Below are positions 24,079 to 35,450 of a stretch of DNA of 64,000 nucleotides, piece by piece. A model generated the notes under the pieces. The model was not told the DNA's origin, searched no databases, and was given only the letters and a program-made list of their open reading frames with translations. Each line of letters begins with the position of its first letter. The stretch's first letter is position 1. The stretch is from Histomonas meleagridis 2922-C6/04-290x (taxonomy: Eukaryota; Protista; Parabasalia): assembly GCA_020184695.1 (NCBI GenBank), contig JAANOX010000245.1, positions 186,001 through 250,000 of the forward strand. The letters are read 5' to 3'. A program made the position numbers and the translations under genes.

Positions 24079-25509
24079 TTACCAAGTTGTGGTAGACTCA
24101 GTCTCAGATTCATCAGTATCAGTAGAGTCAGAGCATGCAACTGCATCACGAATCTTAGCAGCTTGTTGTAAGATTTCTTGTACGGTCAAAGTGTTCGGAT
24201 CTCTTTCCTCAATTCTTGCCTTTGGAGGAGGTAACGGCTTAGATTTATCTACTTGCTTCAACACGAATTTACCAGACTTGATCAAATCGAGGTGAGAAGC
24301 ACCAGAAGCGCCAGAATCAGATACCTTATTAAGTGTGACAGCTGAAGGATCTGATATTCCTGTCTTAAACTTAAGACCGCCTGCAGTACCAGATGATGAA
24401 GGAGGTGGTGGGGGTGGAGGTGGTGGAGGTGGAGGAGGCGGTGGTGGAGGTGGTGGGGGTGGAGCACCAGCATCGGGTGCAGAAGGAGCAGCAGGAGCAG
24501 AAGGTGCAGCTGAAGACTTAGATGCTTTCTTATCCTTTGATTTCTTATCGGCTTTCTTATCCTTGGATTTCTTACTTGACTTGGATGGTGAAGCTTCAAC
24601 AGCGTTTCCTGATGCAACAGGTGCGAAAGTTGGTGGTTGAACAACTTTTGCACGTGACTTTGGTGCCATTGGTTTGGTTGATGTTGGTGATGGTCTATAT
24701 GCTGTCTTAAGTGGTGTAGAACCATGTGCAAGTGAGACAGGAATATCACCATGTGATGCTTGACCACGTGGAGGTGGCATACAAAGCGATGTTGGTGCTG
24801 GTGGAGGTGCAGAGATAGCAGAAATGATAGATTCATTGTTTGTATTATCATTTTCTTCACTTTGCTTTCTCTTTAATTCTTGTTGAACTTTCTTCTCTTC
24901 CTTTTCTCGTGCTTTGGCTTCTTTACGAGCTCTCTTCTTCTCTTCACGTTCCTTTTGGAATTGCTCAAGAAGTTCTTGAACGTATTGACGCTTGAAGAAA
25001 TCTGGATCTGAGAAGAATCTATTGAAATCAACAGGTTGTGCTGGTGTATCAATCTTAAGGTCTTGAACAATCCTTGCTTCGAGGTTGTTGAACTGTGAAA
25101 GATCTGGTGGTGGTAATGCAGTATCAATAACAGCCTTAACAATTGTACTTGGTTCAAGTTGGAATGATGAGTTATCTTCTTGGTTAACAGGTGAAGTTGG
25201 AGGTGGTTCATCGCCTTGGCCCCATGTTTGAGCGAATTGTTTCATATGATTTATTGCGGATGGAAGATTGGATTTAAGCTCATTAACACGAGCAGAGAGT
25301 TTGTTGAACCTTTCCATGGTGTTGTTGGTCATTATAACCAAATCCTTGAACATGTCAATAGTATATGATGTAAGACATTCGGCTTGTTTCAAGAATCCAA
25401 CCATTCTTATGCCACTAAGGCCATTAAGGCAATCATTTGGGTCGATTTGATTGAGCCCTTCGAGCCCATCATTGTCATCTAGTTTGATGATAGATCTTGC
25501 AGGGAACAT
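24079..25509 (-). CDS. SCAR/WAVE-family Arp2/3 nucleation-promoting factor
   Basis: N-terminal WAVE-homology-like region (FLKQAECL...MFKDL...RFNKLSARVNEL; FFSDPDFF), basic region, poly-Pro, WH2-like HLDLIKSGKFVLKQV, central VQEILQQ, acidic tail ending in W. Confidence 0.8.
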   Translation of the reverse strand: MFPARSIIKLDDNDGLEGLNQIDPNDCLNGLSGIRMVGFLKQAECLTSYTIDMFKDLVIMTNNTMERFNKLSARVNELKSNLPSAINHMKQFAQTWGQGDEPPPTSPVNQEDNSSFQLEPSTIVKAVIDTALPPPDLSQFNNLEARIVQDLKIDTPAQPVDFNRFFSDPDFFKRQYVQELLEQFQKEREEKKRARKEAKAREKEEKKVQQELKRKQSEENDNTNNESIISAISAPPPAPTSLCMPPPRGQASHGDIPVSLAHGSTPLKTAYRPSPTSTKPMAPKSRAKVVQPPTFAPVASGNAVEASPSKSSKKSKDKKADKKSKDKKASKSSAAPSAPAAPSAPDAGAPPPPPPPPPPPPPPPPPPPPPSSSGTAGGLKFKTGISDPSAVTLNKVSDSGASGASHLDLIKSGKFVLKQVDKSKPLPPPKARIEERDPNTLTVQEILQQAAKIRDAVACSDSTDTDESETESTTTW

Positions 25510-25854
25510 TTGACAATTTTATATCAAAAAGCAGAAATCTGCACGAATTTGAATGAAATAAAATTGTCTGCGTTTTGAATATAGAACCGAAAAGTGACTT
25601 CGATTTTGAAAGGAGACCATTCTCAATTTTGTTAACTAAACGATAAACGCCGATACAAAATTAACGGATGTCCTATTTCTGTATATTGTCCGAATACTTT
25701 TTAAAGTTAAATATTTTGCTTTAATTTTTACTCACTTTTATTCAGAAAATTTATCTGATTTTGATGTAAGTTACAGGATGTTGTTCGAATCACAATAGCG
25801 AAATTGGCTGACTTTAATTGAAACACTTTTGAGAAAAAAATTTATTGAAAAAGA

Positions 25855-28800
25855 TCATAATGAAAGATTAGTAAATTTTTCACATTCTAAAAGTAATTTC
25901 TTTGATTTCATTGTGATCTTTACTATTTGCATACATGGGTGCTGTTGCAAATAATTTCCAAATTATAGGGGAAACGGAAATGTTTTATCTTAAATATAAT
26001 AGAATCGAAATAAAAGATTTTAATTATTTTCTTTTAGGTTTACTTATTGTAGTAGTTACCTTTGTTCTTTATCACCCATTAACATCTTTCAATCCATTCT
26101 TCGAAAACTTTTGCTAAAGTATCCTTTGAAATTTCACTCGAAATTTCAGTTATTTTATCGTGCAATTTTGTAAAATCATCAAATTTTTCTATATCTAGTT
26201 GATTTTTTAAAAAACCAAATAAAAAGAAATATGAAGGAGCAAAATCTGGTAAATATGGCGGTCGTGGAGCTATTTTAGAATCATTGTCTCCCAAAAATTT
26301 AGTTGAAGCATTCGACATATGGGGAGATGCATTATCGAAATGTAAATAATATGGGTCTTCATGGAGCTTTTTTCTTCGTGGAAATACAATTTGCTTCAGA
26401 GGTTTAATTATATTATTAATTAATTATGTTGATTTAAAAAATTATTCATAATTATTTATAGAATCAACTATAAAGAATCGATCAATATTCCAAAAGATAA
26501 TTACCATATATTTTATCGTGTCAATTTTTGTATCGATAATTTCAGGTAAATTATTTTCTGATAGTGACCACATATGCTCATGATCATATGATAAAAATAA
26601 CCGAGATTTATCCCCAGTTATGATTCTATGGAAACCTTCTCTCTTGCTAACTTCTAAGATATCAAGGAGCTCAGTTGTATTTCGCACTTTTTCTTCTCCT
26701 CTTTCACACGTCAGTTCATATGGAACCACTTATAAATTATATTAATGGAAGCCTAATTTATTGAGGTGATCATTTATGGTGGATCGTGGTATAGACAAGG
26801 CTTCGTTTATTGTATATGTTGAATGAAATGGTTCCATTTCGAGTGCAGCCAAAATTTTTGAATAAATGAAATCAAGAACAGGTCTGTCTGGACTTTGAAT
26901 ATTTGTTATTCCAGATCTCCCTAATCTAAATTGATGCACCCAATATTTTATGGTATTAATATTGAGTGCATCTTGGTGATAAACATCATCTAACTCTTGT
27001 TTAATTTGGCTGAGTTTAAAGCCTTTTCTTTTCAGAAAAAATATGACTGCTCTTTGTTCGACTTCCATAGAAATGAAAAACGTTTAAAAAGAATGACAAT
27101 ATGTAAGTTTATTTTTGACATTTTCTTGATATATAAAATATTTCTGATCTCAAAAATTATATCATTATTATTACAATCTCTTGTATTTTTATATATATAA
27201 TAATTATTAAAAAAAATAAAAGGATCATATTTAGGATAAAACATTTTTGTCTACCCTATATTTTGAATTTCCAAATCATTAAAATAAATTTCGAATAAAA
27301 CAAATAAATATCTTTAGCGTTAATATCAATTCCTTCTTGTTCGAGAAGTAATTTAACTATTTCTGTATGGCCATTTTCAGATGCTATCATTAGTGCTGTA
27401 TTAAATAATTTAAATAATTTCCAAATATTATTTTGAAATATCAAATTATTAAAATAAATATTAAATAAAACAAATAAATAGTTTTAGCGTTAATATCAAT
27501 TCCTTCTTGTTCAAGAAGCAATTTAACTATTTCTGTATAACCTTCATCAGATGCTCTAATAAGTGCTGTTCTAAATAATTTAAATAATTTCCAAATATTA
27601 TTTTGAATTTCCAAATTATTAAAACAAATGTTAAATAAAACAAATAAATAGTTTTAGCGTTAATATCAATTCCTTCTTGTTCAAGAAGTAATTTAACAAT
27701 TTCTGTATGGCCATTCTCAGATGCTATCATAAGTGCTGTATTAAATAATTTAAATAATTTCCAAATATTATTTTGGAATAGAAATTTTGAATAAAATAAA
27801 TAAATATCTTTAGCGTTAATATCAATTCCATCTTGTTCAAGAAGTAATTTAACTATTTCTGTATAACCATTTCTAGATGCATGTATAAGTGCTGTCCAAA
27901 ATATTATAAATAATTTCCAAATATTATTTTGAAATATGAAATTATTAAAATAAATAATATTTTTAGCATTAATATCAATTCCTTCTTGTTCGAGAAGTAA
28001 TTTAACTATTTCTGTATAACCATTTGCAGATGCTTCCATAAGTGCTGTCCATAATATTTTAAATAATTTCCAAATATTATTTTGAAATATAAAATTATTA
28101 AAACAAATATTAAATAAAACAAATAAATAGTTTTAGCATTGATGTCAATTCCTACTTGTTCGAGAAGTAATTTAACTATTTCTGTATGACCATTTTCAGA
28201 TGCAAAAATAAGTGCTGTCCATAATATTTTAAATAATTTCCAAATATTATTTTGAAATAAGAAATTATTATAACAAATATTAAATAAAACAAGTAAATAG
28301 TTTTAGCATTGATGTCAATTCCTACTTGTTCAAGAAGTAATTTAACAATTTCTGTATGACCATTTGAAGATGCTCTCATAAGTGCTGTTTTAAATAATTT
28401 AAATAATTTCCAAATATTATTTTGAAATATAAAATTATTAAAATTAATATCAAATAAAACAAATAAATATTTTTAGCATTAACTTCAATTCCTTCTTGTT
28501 CAAGAAGTAATTTAACTATTTCTGTATGACCATTTGAAGATGCCAATATAAGTGCTGTATTAAATAATTTAAATAATTTCCAAATATTATTTTGAAATAT
28601 AAAATTATTAAAATTAATATCAAATAAAACAAATAAATATTTTTAGCATTAACTTCAATTCCTTCTTGTTCAAGAAGTAATTTAACTATTTCTGTATGAC
28701 CATTTGAAGATGCCAATATAAGTGCTGTATTAAATAATTTAAATAATTTCCAAATATTATTTTGAAATATAAAATTATTAAAATTAATATCAAATAAAAC

Positions 28801-30440
28801 AAATAAATATTTTTAGCATTAACATCAATTCCTACTTGTTCAAAAAGTAATTTAACAATTTCTGTATGACCATTTGAAGATGCCAATATAAGTGCTGTAT
28901 TAAATAATTTAAATAATTTCCAAACATTTTTTTGGAATATTAAATTATTAAAATAAATTTCGAATAAAACAAATAAATATCTTTAGTGTTAATATCAATT
29001 CCTTCTTGTTCGAGAAGTAATTTAACTATTTCTGTATGACCTTTTTCGGATGCCAATATAAGTTCTGTTTTAAATATTTTAAATAATTTCCAAATATTAT
29101 TTTGAAATATCAAATTATTAAAATTAATATCAAATAAAACAAATAAATATTTTTAGCATTAACTTCAATTCCTTCTTGTTCAAGAAGTAATTTAACTATT
29201 TCTGTATGGCCATTTTCAGATGCTATCATAAGTGCTGTATTAAATAATTTAAATAATTTCCAAATATTATTTTGAAATATTATATTATTAATATCAATAT
29301 TATATAAAATTTAGAAATATCTTTAGCATTAACATAAAATCCTTTTTGATTTAGAATGTATGTAACAAGTTCAATGTTTCCTGAAAATGAAGCAAAAACT
29401 AAAATATTTTCTGGAAGTTGATTATTTTTAAGGAAATATTTTACAAGAAAAATATTTCCGATTTTTGCTGCTTCATTAATAATATTTTCATTAATTTTCA
29501 TTCCTTCATTTTCTAAATATGCAAAAATTTCATAATTAAAATATGAAACACATATTACTCCTAATTCTTCTAATTTTTTAATTTTTTCTAATTTGTTTTC
29601 ATAAATATACTTAAAGACATCATTTCGATGAAACTTGATTGCAGCTTCACATGCATTATCAAATGTTGAATGATTTTGTTCACATAAATGAATAATTTCT
29701 TCATTTCCACCTGCAACTGCATATTTACCTGCATTTTTTACTTTTGCGCCATTCATAAGTAAATATTTAAAACATTTAACTGAAGAAAAAAATGCTGCAT
29801 AATCAATTAATGTAATCCGAAATTGATTAATGAATGAACATCTTTCATAAATTGATTTTCGAATTATTTGATTAAAATCAAAATTTGTTTGTGTTGATAT
29901 TTCTTGAAGTTTTTCTACTTCATCATTTAGAATTATTTTTGCGATTTCATTTGGATTGTGTCCTTCTTTAATTAATTGCTTATGGAGTACAAGATCATCT
30001 TCATCTGATATATCTTCATTAATATGAGCAAAAAATGGTTCGCGTATATTTTGGATGAATTTTGTTTCAAGCAAATTATACTCAATCATGTAATTAAGAA
30101 AATAAAATGACTCTTGTGTTTTTTTCTTAAGAAGAAATTGAGAAAATGTATTTATTATTTTTGTGTTGATTTTATTATTTTCTTCATATTTTTCAATCTC
30201 TTGTAATAATCTCAAATATATATCAAAATTATTACTATCAATTAGAAGAGATGTATATATCATTCGGGTTAGAATGATGTCATAAGACATTGGATATTTT
30301 TTACAAAACTTGCTGATAATAAAATTTGATGATTGAGCAAAATTATCTTTATTCAAACCAAAGATTATGTTTTCGAAAGTTGTAAATGTTTCCCATTCGT
30401 TTTGAAATTTCTGGTTTGTTGTTGTTTGCTTTTGGTGCAT
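25855..30440 (-). CDS. DUF3447 + 13 ankyrin-repeat gene; every repeat junction carries a (17+3)x4 cassette; last junction disrupted by a mariner
   Basis: ORF 29280-30440 ends just after NAKDI. All twelve 90-nt ankyrin segments from 29238 to 27310 are open. A capping repeat TAPMYANSKDHNEIKKLLLECEKFTNLSL* lies beyond the transposon (TGA 25855-25857). Confidence 0.8.
25966..27258 (-). mobile_element. Decayed mariner (Tc1/mariner) element, 1293 bp, TA target duplication
   Basis: Imperfect TIRs TAGGGGAAACGGAAATGTTTTATCTTAAATAT vs TAGGGTAGACAAAAATGTTTTATCCTAAATAT, flanked by TA (25964-25965, 27259-27260). Transposase pieces: Mos1-like HTH (26742-27068), IITGDK, DNASPH and PPYLPDFAPS. Confidence 0.9.
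27259..29318 (-). repeat. 170-bp tandem array (90-nt ankyrin segment + 80-nt cassette), 12 complete cassettes
   Basis: Period 170 bp except one unit of 153 bp and one of 156 bp. Confidence 0.95.
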
Positions 30441-32130
30441 TTTAGAAAAATAATCTACTTTCGATTTGAATAGTTTATATTCTAACGAATAAACTACTCA
30501 ATATTGGCATGTGAATATTCACCTGAACCTCTCAGGAATTTTTATTTTCATTATTTTCGTTCCTTTTCAAATTACTAAATCAAATTCCAATAAAATTATA
30601 CGTAATTTTTATTTTATTTAATTAAAATTCATAAATAATCTTTTCTTTACAAGCATGTATATCGAATATAACTTTTATTTATTATTTAAATAATATGATA
30701 ATTTAAAAAAACAACACAAGTAAGTGACATTATATGACACAATCTTAAAAAACGATATCTTGCTATAAAGTGTTTTAATACAAATGAATTCATTCCAGAA
30801 AAATTAAAAAAGAATTGTAAATCAGATAATATTTTGCATTACATAAAGGCATTTTTTTGAACACCAGTTTTGTCCTTATGTTATTTGAGTATAATAAATA
30901 GTGGTAAACATGATCGAACTTTAATTTTAAACAATTCAACCAAGTCGAGTTTGGGCTGTTTGAATACGTATCGTTATTTTATCATTGCAATTTTTGTGTT
31001 TAAACATCAGTTTGAATGTTTCATTCATCTTTCAATGAGAAGGATCTAGATAAATTTAAATGCCCAAAACTCGATGATGTTTTCCTTTCAAATTTATGAC
31101 AACAATTTTTCCAATCAAATTTAAATTATTTGAATGAAAATAGATGACATTTTTTATTGATTTGTTTGTTTATTTTGTGATTGGGCTTTTTTGACTGGTG
31201 TTGATTGATTCAATATCTGTTACCTTATATCATTCAATTCTTTTTCCTTTTAGGTGTTTGATGGTAAATACGAAGTTTCTCACGCTGTAATTTTTCTATT
31301 TCTTTATGCCTATGAGATGTTGTTTTTGTAAATTAATTTAGGAATAAAAATATCCAAAAAAACAATATACGAAGACATCACTAAAAAGATGCGATCTGTG
31401 GTTTGAATTATACGTTTGTTCATATCCTTAAGTTAATAAATATTTTATTGTGGAATATTTCGCTACAAGCATAAAAAAAAATCAGCATTCCAAATCTTTA
31501 CCCAGGCTAGCTCATGCATAATAGACAAATCTTTATTCACATGATAATTGAAACTTAATCAGAATCAAAAAAATTCGCCAAAATATTTTGTTTTCACAGA
31601 GAATCACAAAATATTTTGTATCATCACACATTTTATGCAAAAGATATTGAACGTTCGTGTTTTTATAATAAAAATAATATTTTTTAACTTTTTCAGATTT
31701 GAAAAACATTTTCATTATTGGAATAAAATCAACCACAGTACATACATTTTGAAACGAATGTATGTCAGCAAAAAATTCATCAGTTTAATGAGTTATTCGC
31801 TTTGTAAGTTTGCTCGTTTTGGCCTTTTAAATGCGGTTTTTTCTATTTCGAATTTTTGCGAATAGCACTTAGGTATTTTCTTTCCGAGGCTCTATTGTAC
31901 AAAAAGCATTACATTCTCAGCAGAAATAAAATTTTTGCTTATTTAATCAATTTGTATTTATTTTTGCAATAATTTGATTTCACAATTTCGATTTGTTATT
32001 TTTCATTAAATTGTATTTCAACGATGATTTCATATTTGTTAACCAGGGTTAGAGTGGTTTATAATATCAATGTTGTAGCACATGATGGGGCGCCCCGTTA
32101 CGATTAACGATACATCGCTCATCGTTTTGT

Positions 32131-32137
32131 GACGGTT
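32131..32137 (+). promoter_or_regulatory. GACGGTT (trichomonad M3/Myb-like core motif)
   Basis: 14 nt upstream of the MFS ATG; similar RRCGGTT motifs precede other genes (23001, 36993). Confidence 0.45.
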
Positions 32138-32150
32138 AATAATAGTTAAA

Positions 32151-33380
32151 ATGGGAAAAATTCTCAACAAAGCACTCCTTTATGCAATGATCCTTATGCT
32201 CGGAGACATAACATTTGGTTATGTTCTAGTATATCCTTCTCCAGCAATTCCATCAATGCAAGAAACAATGTCAAGTATAAGTGAACTTGAATACACAATT
32301 TATCGTTCAGGTCCAGCATTATCAGCTGTTTTTGGACCATATATAACACTTCTTCTTTTGAAATATACAGGTAGAAAGCCAACAACATTTATTGTTTCAG
32401 TTGCAGGAACAATTTTCTGGCTCATGCTTATAGTCACATACGAACAGATTTTTTGGTATGGCATTATTGTTAGGTTATTTTTAGGTTTAGTTATGGGTGG
32501 TTTTTCACAAATTATTCCAATGTACATTGTTGAATTAGCGCCACCAGAAGCCACAGGATTTTACGGTTCTCTTGGTCAATTAGCTATTGCCAGTGGAATT
32601 GTAATTTTATATTTAGTTGGTACATATCTTGATTGGCAAAATACAGCTATTGTTGGTGCTTGCATAACAGGCTTACTTTCTTTTCTTATTTGGCTTGTTC
32701 CAGAGTCACCTGCAGTTGCTGAAGCACATTCTTCCATCACACCCACTGAATCAATATTTCAACGTCGTTTTGCAAAGCCTTTAATTATATGTGTTCTATT
32801 AATGTTTTTCCAACAGTTTAGTGGTGTCAATGGTATTTTAACAAATCTTACAACTCTTTTCAACAATGCCGGAATTGAAATAGAGTCTGGTATTGCCTCA
32901 ACCATATCATCACTTGCACAAGTTATATCAGTTTTTTGCGGTGGTTTTGTTATTGAGTTTCTTGGTCGTAAGTTTGCTTGGGTTGTTTCTCTTATCGGAA
33001 TTTCGGTTTCTTTGGCACTTTTCTGCTTATCCATAAAAGTGACACTTCCAAGTTGGCTTCCAATTTTAATTGTTTTCTTGTTTTTACTCTTCTTCGGACT
33101 TGGTGCCGGACCACTTCCATGGTTCTTTGTTAACGAACTCATCGAAACCTCAGCAAGAGCACAAGCAAGTTCAATTGTCGCAAGTTCAAATTGGATTTGC
33201 GCATTTTTGGTAATTGCCATTTTCCCAAGTATGCAATCTGCACTTGGAGATTTCTGGTGTTTCATGATATTCATGATAATTTCTGTAGTAGGTGCAGTGT
33301 TCGGATTATTGTTTTTGCAACAAAAAGTCGACAAATCGCAAGAACAACTAATTAACACACAGTTGATGTCAAACAACTGA
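32151..33380 (+). CDS. MFS sugar porter (GLUT/ERD6-like)
   Basis: About 12 TMs; GRK, ELAPPEATGFYGSLGQL, PESP, QQFSGVN, GLGAGPLPW. Confidence 0.9.
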   Translation: MGKILNKALLYAMILMLGDITFGYVLVYPSPAIPSMQETMSSISELEYTIYRSGPALSAVFGPYITLLLLKYTGRKPTTFIVSVAGTIFWLMLIVTYEQIFWYGIIVRLFLGLVMGGFSQIIPMYIVELAPPEATGFYGSLGQLAIASGIVILYLVGTYLDWQNTAIVGACITGLLSFLIWLVPESPAVAEAHSSITPTESIFQRRFAKPLIICVLLMFFQQFSGVNGILTNLTTLFNNAGIEIESGIASTISSLAQVISVFCGGFVIEFLGRKFAWVVSLIGISVSLALFCLSIKVTLPSWLPILIVFLFLLFFGLGAGPLPWFFVNELIETSARAQASSIVASSNWICAFLVIAIFPSMQSALGDFWCFMIFMIISVVGAVFGLLFLQQKVDKSQEQLINTQLMSNN

Positions 33381-33629
33381 AAGATTAGCAACTGATGCTG
33401 ATTTATTTCTAAACACTAGCTTAATATATTGTAAATTTTAATTGTTTTCGTTGGATTCGGTCTTTACAGAAAGAAATTATTTTGTCTTTTTCCAAGAACA
33501 AAAGCAGTTCACCAAAAAAATTTAATTTTTTTTTTGTAAAAATTTATACGAAATTTAAAAAACATTTGTATGATTCAAAACATCAAATGTTATATTTTTA
33601 TTGAGATTTCTTATGATATATTTTAATAT

Positions 33630-33960
33630 CTAGAGAATTAATATCAATGTTTTGTTCAAGAAGAATTTGAACTATTTCTATAGCTGTTATAAGTGGTGCT
33701 TTAATTATTAGTTATAAATTCCAAATTTATTTAATTTATATATATATATATAAATTATATGTTTTAATTAAGGATTTATAATGACAATATCAATTCCTTC
33801 TTGCTCAAGAAACAATTTAACTATTATTGATTGATTTTTTTCATGCCATTAAAATTACCAAATAAAATAATTTCCAAATATTATTTTGAAACTCCAAATT
33901 AACACATTAAACGATTACAAAATAAAAGAAGTAAACATGTTTAATATCAATACCTTCTTA
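33630..33960 (-). pseudogene. Decayed ankyrin-array remnant with partly eroded cassette
   Basis: EGIDI and VKLFLEQEGIDI fragments; GTTTCAAAATAATATTT-GGA (intact 17-mer + Gly) followed by a 13-nt shortened element. Confidence 0.6.
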
Positions 33961-34031
33961 AGCAAAATATCAGATACCGTTACGTAACCACAAAATTATA
34001 CGAAGCAATTTATTTTTTCATTTATATTTTC

Positions 34032-34982
34032 TTACTTATTTTTATTTCTCATTTTAATTCTTTCTTCATTATGTTTCCTTTCCATTTCTTCTCTTTCCAA
34101 TTTATGTAATTCCAACAATTCCATATATTCCAAGTCATTTAAAGGTTCATCAAAATCAACTTTTTCTTGTCCAAATTCTTTTATTAACGAATGGTTTAAA
34201 AGTTGTTCTGCCGAAGGGCGATCATTGGCAGGCAACAAACACAAAGTTATAAAGTCAGCGATGACTGGGTCATTCACCTTAGACAAAGAAAAAGGTAATT
34301 GCCCAGACATAAGCTTATTTATTATAGACTTTATATTCTCACATTCACAATAAGGCTCTTCTCCAGTAACAATATCTAAAATGCACATGCCTAAAGACCA
34401 AATATCGGATTTAGTAGTTTTTTCATTAGTTAGATCTTCTGGTGCTGTATATTTTATGTTTCCAACCAAACGATTTTGATTAGAATAGAAAAGTATATCT
34501 GAAGTAAAATCAATTTTCACAATTTTTTTAAGAGGATCAAATTTAATATCACGACATTCTAAGGTCCCATGAATAATTGATGGATTGTGAGTATGAATAT
34601 AATTAAGGCATTCAAGTATTTGCTTACATATATTGGAAACTAAAGATCTTGTTGGTGAATGAACAAAATCCATGATATAAGTGTGTGTGAGTTCTTTAAC
34701 TAAAATTAATGATTTTCGATTTTTAAGTGTCAAGATATCAAAAATCCGTAAAATATTCGGAATAGAAAGTTCTGTTAAAAATTTAATCTTTTCATATATG
34801 TTATTAAAATTGATTTCGTCGGAGAATCGGTCAAAAAAGAATTCTCTTATTTCAACTTCAACATTATTTTCTTTATCATATGCTGAATATATAGGCCCAG
34901 TAACAGGACAGGAAATTCGTTCAATTCGTTTATATTTACTTTTTAGATATTTAGGTAAATAGAAGCTTTGTGTCACACTCAT
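34032..34982 (-). CDS. WNK-like protein kinase, probably a pseudokinase
   Basis: APE, DIWSLGMC, GEEPYCEC and GQLPFSLSKVNDP are WNK-like; catalytic loop HGTLECRDI and DFT replace HRD/DFG. Confidence 0.75.
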   Translation of the reverse strand: MSVTQSFYLPKYLKSKYKRIERISCPVTGPIYSAYDKENNVEVEIREFFFDRFSDEINFNNIYEKIKFLTELSIPNILRIFDILTLKNRKSLILVKELTHTYIMDFVHSPTRSLVSNICKQILECLNYIHTHNPSIIHGTLECRDIKFDPLKKIVKIDFTSDILFYSNQNRLVGNIKYTAPEDLTNEKTTKSDIWSLGMCILDIVTGEEPYCECENIKSIINKLMSGQLPFSLSKVNDPVIADFITLCLLPANDRPSAEQLLNHSLIKEFGQEKVDFDEPLNDLEYMELLELHKLEREEMERKHNEERIKMRNKNK

Positions 34983-35450
34983 CCTTTTAGTGTCACTTTT
35001 ATGAATTTAATAGCATTAAAATCTTTCAAAACAGGAAAATATTCTAATTTGAAGGAATTCATCAATAAAAATCAAATGTGTTTTTAAAGCCATATAATTT
35101 ATTATTTATAATAACTTTTATTTAAACGAATACATATGCGCAAATTGTGGAATGCTTCATCACTTTCAATTCCTTTTTAAAAAACATAACAAATCTTCTT
35201 GATTTTCCCAGTTTATTATACTTCTTATATTTGATCAATTTATCATTATTCCATAGTATTTCAAATATTTCTATATATCCTTTTCTTCTGGCAATCACTT
35301 ATAAAATTTCAAAGTTTTAGATGGAAGAAAGCGAATGAAAGGAAGATGTACATGCCGATAGCAAATTTTGATCGGCTCGCTTACAAAAAGTTTCATTGTG
35401 CCTTGATGTGACGATAGCTTTAAACAAACCAATTCCCTTTTCCTCACTAA

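Noticed and set aside
27259-29318. CRISPR-like or satellite array
   Set aside because: The period is 170 bp, 90 nt of each unit is open ankyrin coding sequence, there are no cas genes, and the context is eukaryotic.
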